This document shows positions 25,042 to 37,100 of a stretch of DNA of 64,000 nt, one piece after another (position 1 is the first letter of the stretch; each line of letters starts with the position of its first letter). The stretch comes from Leptogorgia sarmentosa (Eukaryota), in NCBI GenBank assembly GCA_964658305.1, contig OZ210884.1, forward strand, positions 4,278,001-4,342,000. The letters are read 5' to 3'. The translations under genes and the position numbers were made by a program. The notes beneath the pieces are model-generated. The model saw only the letters and a program-made list of their open reading frames with translations, searched no databases and was not told the DNA's origin.

Positions 25042-28000
25042 ATGGACGCTATTAAAGTCTTGTGTGGACTTTATATATTTTTTCTTGCAAGCCTGAAGCA
25101 TCATGGTATCGCACAGTCCACTGCTGAAAGCCAAAAGTATTTTAAGAAAATGTATGATCATGGTAAGCTAATGCGTGTTTACAGTGCAAAATTCATTATG
25201 TTGCCGCGAACTCTTGATCATCGAGAAACTTAGTTGTTATACAGGGTGTCTCAAAAAAAAGGTAATCGAACTTTGGCATGCCATTGTGCGTTAATTACTG
25301 GGTGTACGAACGTGATTTTTGCATGGTCATAAAGATCAAGGTCTTAGCAGTTGAATGACATATTTGTTGTACGATATGGAAGAAAATCAGGCAAATGCGA
25401 GCGTGTTGAAAAATCTCGGTGAAAAACGCATTCTTTCACCTCTGAGAATTGCAGCTAAACTTATTCAAAATTAACTCCCTCTGGGACTCGAAGATGACGA
25501 CCTTCCCTTCAACAATCGACCTGATTATGCATAATTATTAATAATCCTGATAAACTCTTTGTTACCATGACACATTCATGATGAATTGCATTTTTCTTTT
25601 GTTATGCACTGCTTTAACTAGGCACAGAGGTGAAAGAATGCGTTTTTCACCGAGATTTTTCAACACGCTCGCATTTGCCTGATTTTCTTCCATATCGTAC
25701 AACAAATATGTCATTCAACTGCTAAGACCTTGGTCTTTATGACCATGCAAAAATCACGTTCGTACACCCAGTAATTAACGCACAATGGCATGCCAAAGTT
25801 CGATTACCTTTTTTTTGAGACACCCTGTATGTGTATCGAAATTTATTCGTAAGTATGTACTGGATTTAACGAGAATATTCTTGTTAATGCGTATTGTTTC
25901 AATTCGTACGTTTTCCTCATCCCATGGGTAATAAATTTAGTGAGTTCTTTTGTCTGAAATTAGTGTGCAAATCATACACTTGCTGGATCGAATGTCAATC
26001 AGGAAGAGAGCTAATCAGTGGCGAAGCCAGCCTGACTTTTGGTCATGCAAATGCAAATTTAAATCATTATGTTATTCATTTCTTTAGAAATTGATTCCTT
26101 ATACGGTCTATAAACACAGAAAAATTTGCATGACCAAAAGTCGGGCTGGCTTCGCCACTGAGAGCTATAGGAATTCATCATGTGTACCGGTATTGTACAG
26201 TGTGCATATATGTATAATATAAGTTTTATGGCGGAAATCAAACCTATACGCCTTGTTTTACTTGCATGTATACGTTGCTCCATGTGTTTTCGTTATATAC
26301 GGATATACCAGATGGGAGCAAGCCAAAAAAATATGTCATTGAGCATGAATGTCTCAATGGGTCGACATTTGATTTAATTGAGGGGCCAGAAGTTCTATAA
26401 CCATTGTTCATATAAATTTCTCTCTTCTTTTTCGCAAGGACTTCGGTCGATCTCCAAGCGTAGTCTCATTGCGAGTTTTGGTGAAAAACACGCAATTAAT
26501 AATATTATGTAAAATATTTTTTTAAAAAACACAGGTGATTCACTGAAGGTAGAAGAAGCTTTGTCCAGCCACAATGTCGATTCTCAGGTAGAATGTTCGC
26601 TGAAATGTTTTGAAGAAGAGTTTTGTGTTGGTTACAACTACAGATCGACGTCGAAGAAAGATGAAATTAATTGTCAAACCAGCCGTAACACAACTCAGGA
26701 AAGATATAGAGAAAGTATCGTGCATGGAGAGTGGATGTTCTACCAAAATCTGGACACATTACCTGTGAGTACGCTCAGGGTAAACAATTTAATGCCATAG
26801 TTTATTGATACATAGTATTATATTCAAGAAATCAAAAGATTTTCCGTGTTTCTATAGAGTTTTAGTATAGCTACACCCAACCATCGTCTATTACAAATGC
26901 TAAATTCTGATTGGCTACTCAGCCGTCGTCTATTCTGTGATAGACAAGGGCCGCGGAACAGGGGGGGCACTGGGGCACGGTGCCCCCCCCCCCACTTTTT
27001 GTACAAAGGGTGAATGTGCCCTGTTTTTGAAAGTAAAGTGCCCTTTTTCATCCGTGCCCTTTTTGGATTGTGCCCCCCCCCCCCCCACTTTTGAGGTGCT
27101 TCCGCACCGAAAAATTCCTTTGCGCACGCCATTATGGCGTTGCCGAAATCATCAAGTTTAGACAGAAGTATTGTTTCGGTGGCAGCTCTGGCCTAGTATC
27201 TATCCTATGCCAATATCAATTTTGTACGACTTTTTTTCTATAGACTTTCTCCCCCGTTCCTACTCAAATGTACAATGGTTGGACTCTCGTTGCACGTTTT
27301 TCTAACGGTGATTCAAAACACTGGATAGACAATAGCCTGTTTTGGTACGACCGAGTCACTCCTTATGGGGAAGTAGACAACCCACTGGGAAACACGGATA
27401 TGATTTCTTCAGCTTTCTGGGAATTAAATGGAAGTGAAATCCGGATTACAAGAAGCGATGATCCCAGTCACACGGCATTGCTACAAACCACTTCGAACTG
27501 TCTGCAAGGTAATACTAATATAACCATAGAGTTGTATGTATGTCTGTATGTATGCATATTAAGCCCGGCAAATTTATATTATCATTTTAGCCCGCAAAAT
27601 ACACCACTATACCCGCTAAAGATATTACAATAACATTCATACGTATAAAAACACTATGGTGTATTTATCGCTATTAGCTACATCGCCATAGTTTAAAAAA
27701 AAGTATGATGAGAATGGTACGATAATATATACTGATGATGTTGTTGTAAATTTTTCGGTACTTTGAATTTTTTCCGTAAATATTTTTTTGTTTCAGTCTA
27801 GATCTCATCTTTCATGATTATGAAGAGCAAATAGTAGCTACTAGTCCTGTGCCAAATAGGCACAATAAATTAACAATGCATTCCCATCTCTAAGATCGCT
27901 ACCCTCCTTGTCAACATTGCACGGAAATGTCATACATTGACTAAATAGCCGCGGAACTGCATGTAGATTTTTGCAGCAGGAATTTTGTTTGCACTCAATT

Positions 28001-28695
28001 AAGATAGTACAGAATAAGACTGGATTAATGACCCCCTAAATAGTATTTTGGCATTCATCTTTTGTTCCAGTTCGAACCAAATATGATGCTACGATGCATG
28101 GCGTATAATAATAATCAATAATGATATAATGATAATCAATAATAATGATAATAAATAATAATGATGATGAATATAAGTATAATGCAAGAAAATTGAGTCC
28201 ATGCAAGATTCGATCCTATGTTATGCTAATGCTTATATTTTATTGAGTTGCGTGCTATAATTATACTCTATACACCTGATTAAAACTCCACTTACGATTA
28301 TTTTCATGGTCTAAGGTTCAACATTCAGGTCAAAAATGACAAGTTTTGGAAACTTTCGTGGTTCCACTTGGGCAAGTGACATGTGTCGTGGAAGCTGTTC
28401 AGTCATTTACGGCGGTCAGTACGCAACTACGGCCGGTTTTATAAGGCACAGTTGTAGCAGTGGCATACAGAGCAGTGGCTTCATTGGGTTTTGGTGTGAC
28501 TGGAGTTCTGGAGATGGTGCAGTGATGATGATTGGTGGGGGAGGAAGCAATTGCGGCAGATCAGATCATGGTATTGGAATAACAGAGATCGCTTCAGCAC
28601 GTTTTTCAGCCAATTATAACGATGCTTATGACTTTGGGAATGACGGAAATCAGGCTCCTCCTACAACATATTCACTTAATTTATGGGTTCGCTAA
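25042..28695 (+). CDS. Paralog C: secreted PAN/apple + fibrinogen/intelectin-like domain protein (~331 aa)
   Basis: Exons 25042-25162, 26535-26764, 27244-27508 and 28316-28695. GT-AG, phases 1,0,1; ends YSLNLWVR*. Confidence 0.88.
25242..25827. mobile_element. Tc1/mariner-type MITE with ~203-bp TIRs and TA target site
   Basis: TA|CAGGGTGTCTCAAAAAAAAGGTAATCGAAC...GTTCGATTACCTTTTTTTTGAGACACCCTG|TA. Arms 25242-25444 and 25625-25827 are nearly perfect inverted copies. Confidence 0.92.
26016..26160. mobile_element. Second copy of the hAT-type MITE family at 19375 (opposite orientation on +)
   Basis: Same TIRs CAGTGGCGAAGCCAG; the internal sequence is the reverse complement of the 19375 copy. Imperfect TSD AGAGCTA(A)T. 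Confidence 0.88.
26946..27110. mobile_element. GC-tract non-autonomous DNA element, hAT-like (similar-style elements at ~52440-52580 and ~60990-61200)
   Basis: CAAGGGCCGCGGAAC-G-tract...C-tract-CACTTTT duplicated; ends GCTTCCGC, inverted to GCGGAAC. Confidence 0.5.
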
Positions 28696-29788
28696 CCATA
28701 ACCCTAAACCTCTTTGTGTGTAAAATATATTGTAACAGTGCAACTTTGATGTTAACTCTATTTTAGTCCAATCTACTGTTAGTAGTATACAACATGTACA
28801 TTAATACTACATTGTAATTCCGTTACTACTATTACATTGTACAATGTGATACCCTTATCCCCGCTACTGCAATGAATATAATACGGCAACCAAATTATTA
28901 GTTCGGTTCATGGCCTTTTTTAGCCATACAACTACACTTTTCTGAACCCGATCTCGACAATTTGCAAACCTGATGCAATGATCTGAACTTGAGATGATTA
29001 TTATAGGCCCTGCGCTTGCCACAGTAGTGATCCTTGATTTTCTTGTAGAATGGGCTCTTGTGCCATTTGTCGCTGACTTATATGTTTGACAAGATATATT
29101 GTACTACTATGCTATTACTATACTGTTGTGTTGTGTTGGAGCTAAAAGTAACCGAAAGTTTACTTGAATAAAATTTAAATATAGAAACAACGAATGGTGT
29201 AGCTGTGTTGCGCAAGGACCCTAATACTCTCCCCAGTAACCAAAATTTATTAAGAAATGCCCTGGTTCTGTTGTTATTGCTTCAATTTAAAAAAATCCAA
29301 TTATTTGGAGAATATTTCTCAAATTACATGCTCTATAATTATTTGAGTAACTTTATTGGTTGTTTCATAAAATAATTTAATAATTTAACTGTGTTTGCAA
29401 AGCTGATACAATAAGCGTTTTAGGGCCATTTCACGACGTTATAGGACTATTCCTCTCATATAGAACGATATTTAAAAAGACCTTCTCTAAACTATATATA
29501 TTAAAGCTCAATATTTGAGCATTTTCGTAGTTTGTTTTAAAAATTCGTTCGTAAAAGTATGGGTTCGACTGTATTTGTATAGCTGATGCAACAATGCTTT
29601 TAAGAATTTTCACGACGAATAGCACCATAGCAACGATGACTTTAAAAGTGATTGTTAATTCCAATAAACATGTTACACATTAGAAATATACAAACACAAC
29701 TGTTCCAGATGTTTAAATTGCAGTTCGTATACGGTATACATTTATTTTGCATCTACACATATCTGATGTGATTTTACAACAAGCAGAC

Positions 29789-32700
29789 ATGGACGCTATT
29801 ATGATCTTGTGTGGAATTTTAATATTCTTTCTTGCAAACCTGAAGCATCTCAGTAACGCACAATCATCTTTCGAGAACCAAATGTTTTTTAAGAAAATGT
29901 ATGATCATGGTAAGCTAATCGGAGATCGATTCAATTGATATTTCTGTCTCTTCACAGTCACAGTGCACATGCATGTCAACATAAAATCATAAATTTCTCT
30001 TGAAAATTCAAGTCAATGTTTATGTGTTTGATAAGCAATTTATATTAGATCAATGCGTTCGATTTTCCCAGTTTTGAAAATGTCATGTAATTCTGAAATT
30101 CTAAAGGACTTTGAACCTTGCTAGTAAGTTTGGATGCGTACGCATCCATAAACAATGCACAACGCACAATGAACAATTAACAATGCATGCATGCATGCAC
30201 CTTGTCACATGTAAAAGATATCACTACGCATATTAGTTACACAACAGAGTTGGAAGGTGACACGCACTGGAACAACATTAATAACAGAACTGTAGTTGTT
30301 GCTGTTGAATAAGCTGTCCCCCTAACGCTCTCGACGATCCCGCAACTTATTATAAAATTGAGAAACAAATAATAATTTATTGGCTACATATGTAAATTAT
30401 ATTTAATATAATACATGCAGGTGATTCACTGAAGCTAGAAGAGGTTTTGTTCAGCCACAGAGTTGATTCTCAGGTAGACTGTTCTCTGAAATGTCTTGAA
30501 GAAGGGATTTGTGTTGGTTACAACTTCAGATCGAAGGCAAACAAAAATGAAATCAATTGCCAAACTAGTCGAAACACAACTCTGGAAAGAGGTAAAGACA
30601 TTGTACATGGAGAGTGGATATTCTACCAAAACTTGGAGACATTGGCCGTGAGTATACTATGTTCGCGCGAGATAAAAATAAATAATTTTCATTATAGCAT
30701 CTCATTATACAGTAAGGGGCTATACATATATCATATGTGTCACGGATTGTCTAGCATCACAACCATGGGCTCAACTGATTGCTTGAAAGGTCTCCCCTCA
30801 GTCAGGTTATAATGTTATAACTAATGCTCACAAGAATACAACAGAAAAACAACTTAATTTTTAAAAAATGTGGTTTATTTCAGAAAACACGTTGGTTTGG
30901 ATTCAACAATTTGATTTTGAATTCCGAACCCAAATTCAATGTAATATCACGTGGGTTTTCATCTAAATGGCGGACAAGCAACTTACGCACAATGTTTGTT
31001 AGTATTTTGGTAGCTGAAGGAAGAAAAACTGCACTTTGACGCATCTATCGAGACTTAAAATGTCTTCTCTCTAAAAACGTATTTAGTAGAACGATTTGAG
31101 TCGTGTTTACACACTCGTGCAACGCAATATCTTTTGCAAAGAATATTTTTTCTTACTTTCCGCGGGAAATTCATAAACAATAGACCTTACCGATTATTCC
31201 CATTTACCCAATGGCCTCGTTTTCATGTTTGCTTCTTTTTGTTTGATAAGCCCACATGAAGGTTATTTTCCGACTTTTTCCGAATTAATTTGTTTGTTGA
31301 GCTTAAACTCAATCATAGGCTTACCCAATTTTAACCATATTGTGCGCGAAATACGAGTAAATATTCAGCGTGGAAACGAGGGCATTGGGTAAAATGTGAA
31401 TAATCGGTAAGGTCTATTGCATGAAGAAAACCAAATTTATTTTTCTAACTAATTTAAGTTCTATTTTATTTGCGCATCCAGTTTTGTATGTCATTTAGTG
31501 CGTTTTTCTATCGTTATATAGGCCTTACAAGAATGTAAAACGAAGTACCAAAAACAGATGCGGTAATGAGAGGAGGAATCGCTAATTAACCTCTTTTTCT
31601 CCTATTCCCCGTCAGGTGTACGGTGAATGGACTCTTATTGCACGTTTTTCTAACGGTGATTCAAAACACTGGATAGACAATAGCGCGTTTTGGTACGACC
31701 GAGTCACTCCTTATGGGGAAGTAGACAACCCACTGGGAAACACGGATATGATTTCTTCATCTTTCTGGGAAAAGAAGGGAAGTGAAATCCGGATTACACG
31801 AAGTGATGATCCCAGTAATACAGCTTTGCTACAAACCACTTCCAACTGTCTGCGAGGTAATGCTAGTATTTTTTTGCAGAATAATAATAATGATATTAAT
31901 GTGGTTGCAGCTTTTCAGTTGGAAAGCAAAATGTTCACCAGACCAACTTGTTTTTGCCAAAAAATTGGAACGTTAAATTGGCATGATAAATCTATTGTAG
32001 ATTTTCAGTTTTCTGAACCCCAGTGGAAATTGTAAAAGAATGAGAGAAAGTAAGGGAAAATGAAGTGCCGAAATTGGCGCGAACGCCAAATTATAACTAA
32101 TTTCCATTAGAATTTGGGTGTCAGATTAACATCTTTTTGGGAAAGAAATTAACCGTGCAATTTATTGTCGAAGTTTAATACACAATTAGTCCCTAGAAGG
32201 AAAAGCTAGGTATAGACCTTATAATGACGTTTGTTGCGCTGCGTGTCCACTACTACCAGCATTCTTTGCGAGTATTTGTAGTCGTTTCTAATGCGATTTT
32301 CTCGCAAAGCATGCTGGTAGTGGAAGACACGTAGCGCAACAAAACATCATTATGCGTAAGGTCTATTCATCAAAACATTCCTTGATTCCCTGTTAGCGAT
32401 TTGTTGGAAAGATGAAACTATATATATCTATATATATATATACCCCGTAACTCACCTTTCTATGTACCGTTGACGTGAACCGGGAACGGTTGCGATAGTA
32501 AGGCGATTGCTAGAAACGCCCTTGGTGTGGCTCCCGGAAGTGAGTCATTAATTGCGTCTTTCGCAATTCAGTTTCAGGCCCTGTGCACACGTATCCGGAT
32601 ACTTTTGAAAACGGAGACTTCTCCCTCCGTTTATGAAAAAATTCGCCGCGTCCACACGTAGCGTATTCGAATCGTTTACACGGAGGAAATTTGATAGCGC

Positions 32701-33415
32701 CCGGTGTAGAGCATGCGCATTGCTCAAATTGCTCAGTAATATGAGATGTTTAGGCGATCACAGGCCTGATTTTACGTCATCGTTTTCAAAAGCCTCCGTT
32801 TTCGCCCGTCCACACGTAAACGCTAAAGCATCGTTTTCGAAAGTCTCCACTCTGGAGTGCGTTTTCGAAAACCTCCGGTTTCGGTTGCCGAAAACGGCGG
32901 ATACGTGTAGACGCAACGCCAAAACGGAGGGAAAAGCCTCCGTTTTCAAAAGTATCCGGCTACGTGTGGACGGGATTAACAAACTCCCGTATAGTAGCTA
33001 ACAATAAGCTTTATCGGTCGTCGAAGGTGCAACATTCAGATCGAAAATTACAAGTTATGGAAATTTTCGTGGTAGTGTTGTTTGGGCAAATAACCGATGT
33101 CGTGGAAGCTGTCCAGTCAGTTACGGCGGTCAGTACCAGACCACAGCAGGTTTTGAACAGCACAGTTGCAGCAGTGACATACAGAGCAGTGGCTTCATTG
33201 GGTTTTGGTGTGACTGGATGTCTGGGGATGGTGCAGTGATGATGATTGGTGGTGGAGGACGCGATTGTGAAAGAGCAGATCATGGTATTGGGATAACAGA
33301 GAAAGATGCAGCAGGTTTTGGGGCAAATCTCAGACCTACCCATGATTTTGGTAGTCGGCCAGTTAACGCTTCTCGAGCTCCTTCAATTTACTCACTTAAT
33401 TTATGGGTTCGCTGA
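29789..33415 (+). CDS. Paralog D: secreted PAN/apple + fibrinogen/intelectin-like domain protein (~325 aa)
   Basis: Exons 29789-29909, 30421-30647, 31616-31856 (acceptor shifted, see findings) and 33027-33415; ends YSLNLWVR*. Confidence 0.8.
31180..31418. mobile_element. MITE with ~45-bp inverted termini
   Basis: ATAGACCTTACCGATTATTCCCATTTACCCAATGGCCTCGTTT...AAACGAGGGCATTGGGTAAAATGTGAATAATCGGTAAGGTCTAT. Confidence 0.8.
32212..32366. mobile_element. Palindromic MITE with the same ATAGACCTTA...TAAGGTCTAT ends as the 31180 element
   Basis: Arms ATAATGACGTTTGTTGCGCT..CTACCAGCAT..TTTGCGAG and CTCGCAAAGCATGCTGGTAG..AGCGCAACAAAACATCATTAT are inverted. Confidence 0.75.
32577..32975. mobile_element. 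MITE, PIF/Harbinger-like termini
   Basis: GGCCCTGTGCACACGTATCCGGATACTTTTGAAAACGGAG...CTCCGTTTTCAAAAGTATCCGGCTACGTGTGGACGGG inverted ends, plus internal CGTTTTC(A/G)AAA repeats. Confidence 0.75.
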
Positions 33416-33764
33416 AACTACTTTGTCTGAAAAATATCATGTATTATGGTGCAACGTAATAAAAATTTATGGTCTTTTCAGGTGTTGCAATAGATTTGGG
33501 TTAAGACTGGACTATTCTTCATAATGTTCTAGTTTGATAATTTTTATCTTTACATATTGCAATAAAAACGATATATAGTTCATTGTAATACTTATGAAGT
33601 AAAAGTGGTATGGGCCGTATGGCAATGTTTGAATAGATAGGGCCATGCAACTAGGAAAGGGGGTCGACTTCACAGAGAAAAGGAAATGTAGAGAAGCAGC
33701 TTTGAAAAGCGTGCGCTCATTATTTTGCTAATAGGGATTTCTTACTTTTCACGACATTCGAAAT

Positions 33765-34130
33765 TCGCGCGCGAGTTCATTTAATATTCGTGGGATCCAC
33801 GCAAGCCAATCTAGCGCATGCGCGACAAATTTCCCAGCTTTTGAGAAGCAGGCAGATGTATGTAGATGTGGGGAAGGAGAATAAACGCTGAAGTTTTTGT
33901 TTCGGCTGTCTCCATGAGGACGGAGTATTTGCTGTCATGGTAACGGCTTGAAATCCGCCATTTTTTTGGCTTCACTCTTTGTCCACTTGTACTTCCTCCA
34001 GTAATTTATTATAGCTCAGTGCTCAAAACACATTGCGCATCCTAGTCGCGCATCTGAAGTTTTTTAAGAAAGAATTTTCTCGCAGCCAAGTGGAAGCATG
34101 AGTTGTAAATTTACCCACAATCCAATGCGG
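33765..34130 (+). promoter_or_regulatory. CpG-enriched housekeeping-type promoter upstream of CPSF6
   Basis: CCAAT (33806), NRF1-type palindrome GCGCATGCGC (33814-33823), YY1-type CCGCCATTTT (33955-33964) and a second CCAAT near 34122. No obvious TATA box. Confidence 0.5.
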
Positions 34131-34187
34131 TCGCGCAACACGTTTTGAATTGAAATATTGTTGTTGCTAGAGCTTATATTGAAAAAT

Positions 34188-37100
34188 ATGGCAGGAGCTG
34201 ACATCGATCTTTATGCTGGTGTTGGGGACTTAGATCCTGACTTAAATCAGGTATTTTGTACTTGGTTTGTCCCTTATGGACGACTGCTTTTGGGTGATTT
34301 CAAATTGCGAAGGAGATCGTTATTTGAACGAAAATATTGATGTTTTGTTTTGACTAATTGTAGCTAAATTAACAGTGCAATGTGTCTGTCACAAACATCG
34401 TCATTTGGTGCGGTTTTCTTAAACCTTGTAGTTTTTAAAGAGTCTAAAGCATATTTGTGTTATTTGGTAAAGTCCGATCTCTTGCTACTGAAGTAATAAA
34501 TGCTCGTCGGATCGTACAGATCGTTGAATTTCTCAATCGAATACACAATTGTTTATGTTTATTTGTAAACTTGTAGATCGTATTAACCGGGCAGTCGCTA
34601 GAAGCAAATTTCTAGCACCTCGAAAAATTTTTTAAAATGCTTTTAAAATCCCAATCAAATGTCCAACAATTCATTAAAATACGAGTTTTTATTTTTATGG
34701 ACAAAAGCACATACACTAAATAACTAGCCATGAAATCGTAATCGAGCGAAGGACTGGGTCTGGTTAAAGTTTTGGAGGGACAAACATTTTTAATATGTAT
34801 ATGTAACACAATAGGAATACACATTTTTGCAAATTTTGGTATGAACGAAACTGATGATATAAAGGCAACATCAGCCCTCTGAAACAGTCACTGCTAGTTT
34901 TAAGTGTTCATATACTCTTGTATTTCTTGCAAAATAATATTTGTTGCACCAGTGTGCTGGTAACCATAATCTCCAACCACTACGCCAAGTGCTAAAGCAG
35001 CTTCATGCCAGAGATCTCAGAATTTTTCTATATGGATGCACCCCAATGGCATCTTGCATCAAGTATACCGATAAAATCTTCTGTATCATGGATACTAGAG
35101 ATTTAAACCCCAGTTGTTTCCACATTTAGTCAGTGTTATCAACAGGATATGGTGGAGATATCTACGAGGATGCACTGGCTGCATCTGCAGCACAAAAACT
35201 GCCACCTCAGCAGGTATAAATAGTTTGCACCTTCTTGACAACCGAGCATGACATTTACAGTCACTTGATCAAATACAAAGCCAACCTGAGTTGTTATGTC
35301 TCCTTGGCAACCTAGTGGAGACTAGGGGATGGAAAATCACTGCTGCCTGAACAATGGCTAGAAATGTATATAAGAATCCACATTGCAACTTAGTAACCCC
35401 TCATTGAGTGACCTAGGACTAAAATTTGTGCATTTTTATTACCAATATCCAAAAATATTGGCTCCTTGGTATTGTTCATGAACAACAATTGAACAGCTAA
35501 ATTGGTAAATTTTTTGCATCTCAACAGTTGAGGAGTGATGAAGTGAACATAATTTGAACCAAACCTTTTTTGATCTATGTAGTTTGTTCCTGGTCCACCA
35601 GAGATTAATGCAAGTAAGTCCATTGATAAAACTGTTTCCAGTAGTTTTGTAAGTTTATAAACCTCCAAGGGGTCTGATGTGCTATGACTATGTGAGTATG
35701 TGAGTAGAATGTATACAAGTGTTTTTTATCAGGGTACTGTGGTTTTTCTCCCTTCCTGAAACCAACACCCAGGAAGTTAAAGTGAAAGCCACTGCATGTT
35801 TATTATTTGTTGTTGAATGCTGTTAAATGTTATCATTGTATGAATAATGTTAAGAAAAACATGCAATGTTCCACCTGTCTATCACTGAATTAAAAGCACT
35901 TCAATGACTTCAGTCTAGTACGTAGTGCGCGATGAAAAGGCTTTTAAAAGTTGTTAAATTCCATCTTAAAATCAGAAAAAGAACATGGTTTTAAAAATGA
36001 GTGTAATGTTTTTGTTTTGATTATGTAGCTGGCACGTACGAATACAAGTCATTCACAACCATTCATCCCAAATCAGCCCAAGCACAAGCTGCTGCTTCAC
36101 AGATACCTGATAAGCCAAAAGGAAAACCTTTGTATGTTGGAAACTTTACTTGGGTGAGTGAATATCAAATAAAACTACTTGTATCGGTGTTTTCACTTTC
36201 TGGTGTGAAGCAGGAAAATAAATTTCTCAAAATTGCACGCACGAAAAAACGTTTGTGATTGCAAAATATTCTACTTTCGTAACTCTCGCGAATCTAAACT
36301 TCCCTAATGCTTCGTGCGCTGCTAATGGCCAGTACGACGTGACTGAATCTTGCATTTCGTGTAGTTAGTGTTCTGTTTCACGTGATTATTCTTCAGTTTC
36401 ACGTGACTAGTTGTCTTTTCCACGATTAACGGGATTTTGTAGTACAGTGTTACGCACGTACGTATATATACAGTGCATACAGTGTAAATATTAATTGTAA
36501 AAAATCTATAGTCCGCATACAAAATGCGGTCAGGAAAATAAAAAAGAAAGCAATACTGAAGCATCCACTGAAGTAACAATACTGAAATGTCTTGCTGAGG
36601 GATCAGATGAATCAAAATTGCAAAATTTCCTCCTGGAAATTGAAGCACTAATAAAACGGCAACCGTATTGTTGTATTCTTTCGTGAAGATCATGTTCTTT
36701 TACCCATCCATTGTGCGCAGTGTTTGGTAAATGATGTGTAACTTTCACTATTTGTGCCTGAAAGATGTACAAAATATGTTATACTTGACGTTTTCAACCC
36801 TATACTGCACTGTAATGTCATTTTATATTTTACACTATTTTGCACTTTTTGTATATATTTGATACAGTATAAGGTATCTCATTGTATATAACTCGTGTAA
36901 AAAATCATTGTGCAGTTCTGTTTGTAGATTAATATAATACATACCATGTTACTAACATTTCTACATGTAAATAATCATTGTATGTACGAAAACTTTGTGA
37001 AACTTCATTAGTGGACGACAGATCAACAGCTAGAAGATGCTTTGCAAGAATGTGGCGTCACTGACATAGTGCAGATTAAGTTTTTTGAAAACAGAGCTAA

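Noticed and set aside
32633..33001. 122-aa ORF and its antisense ORF
   Set aside because: Both lie within a MITE in intron 3 of paralog D.
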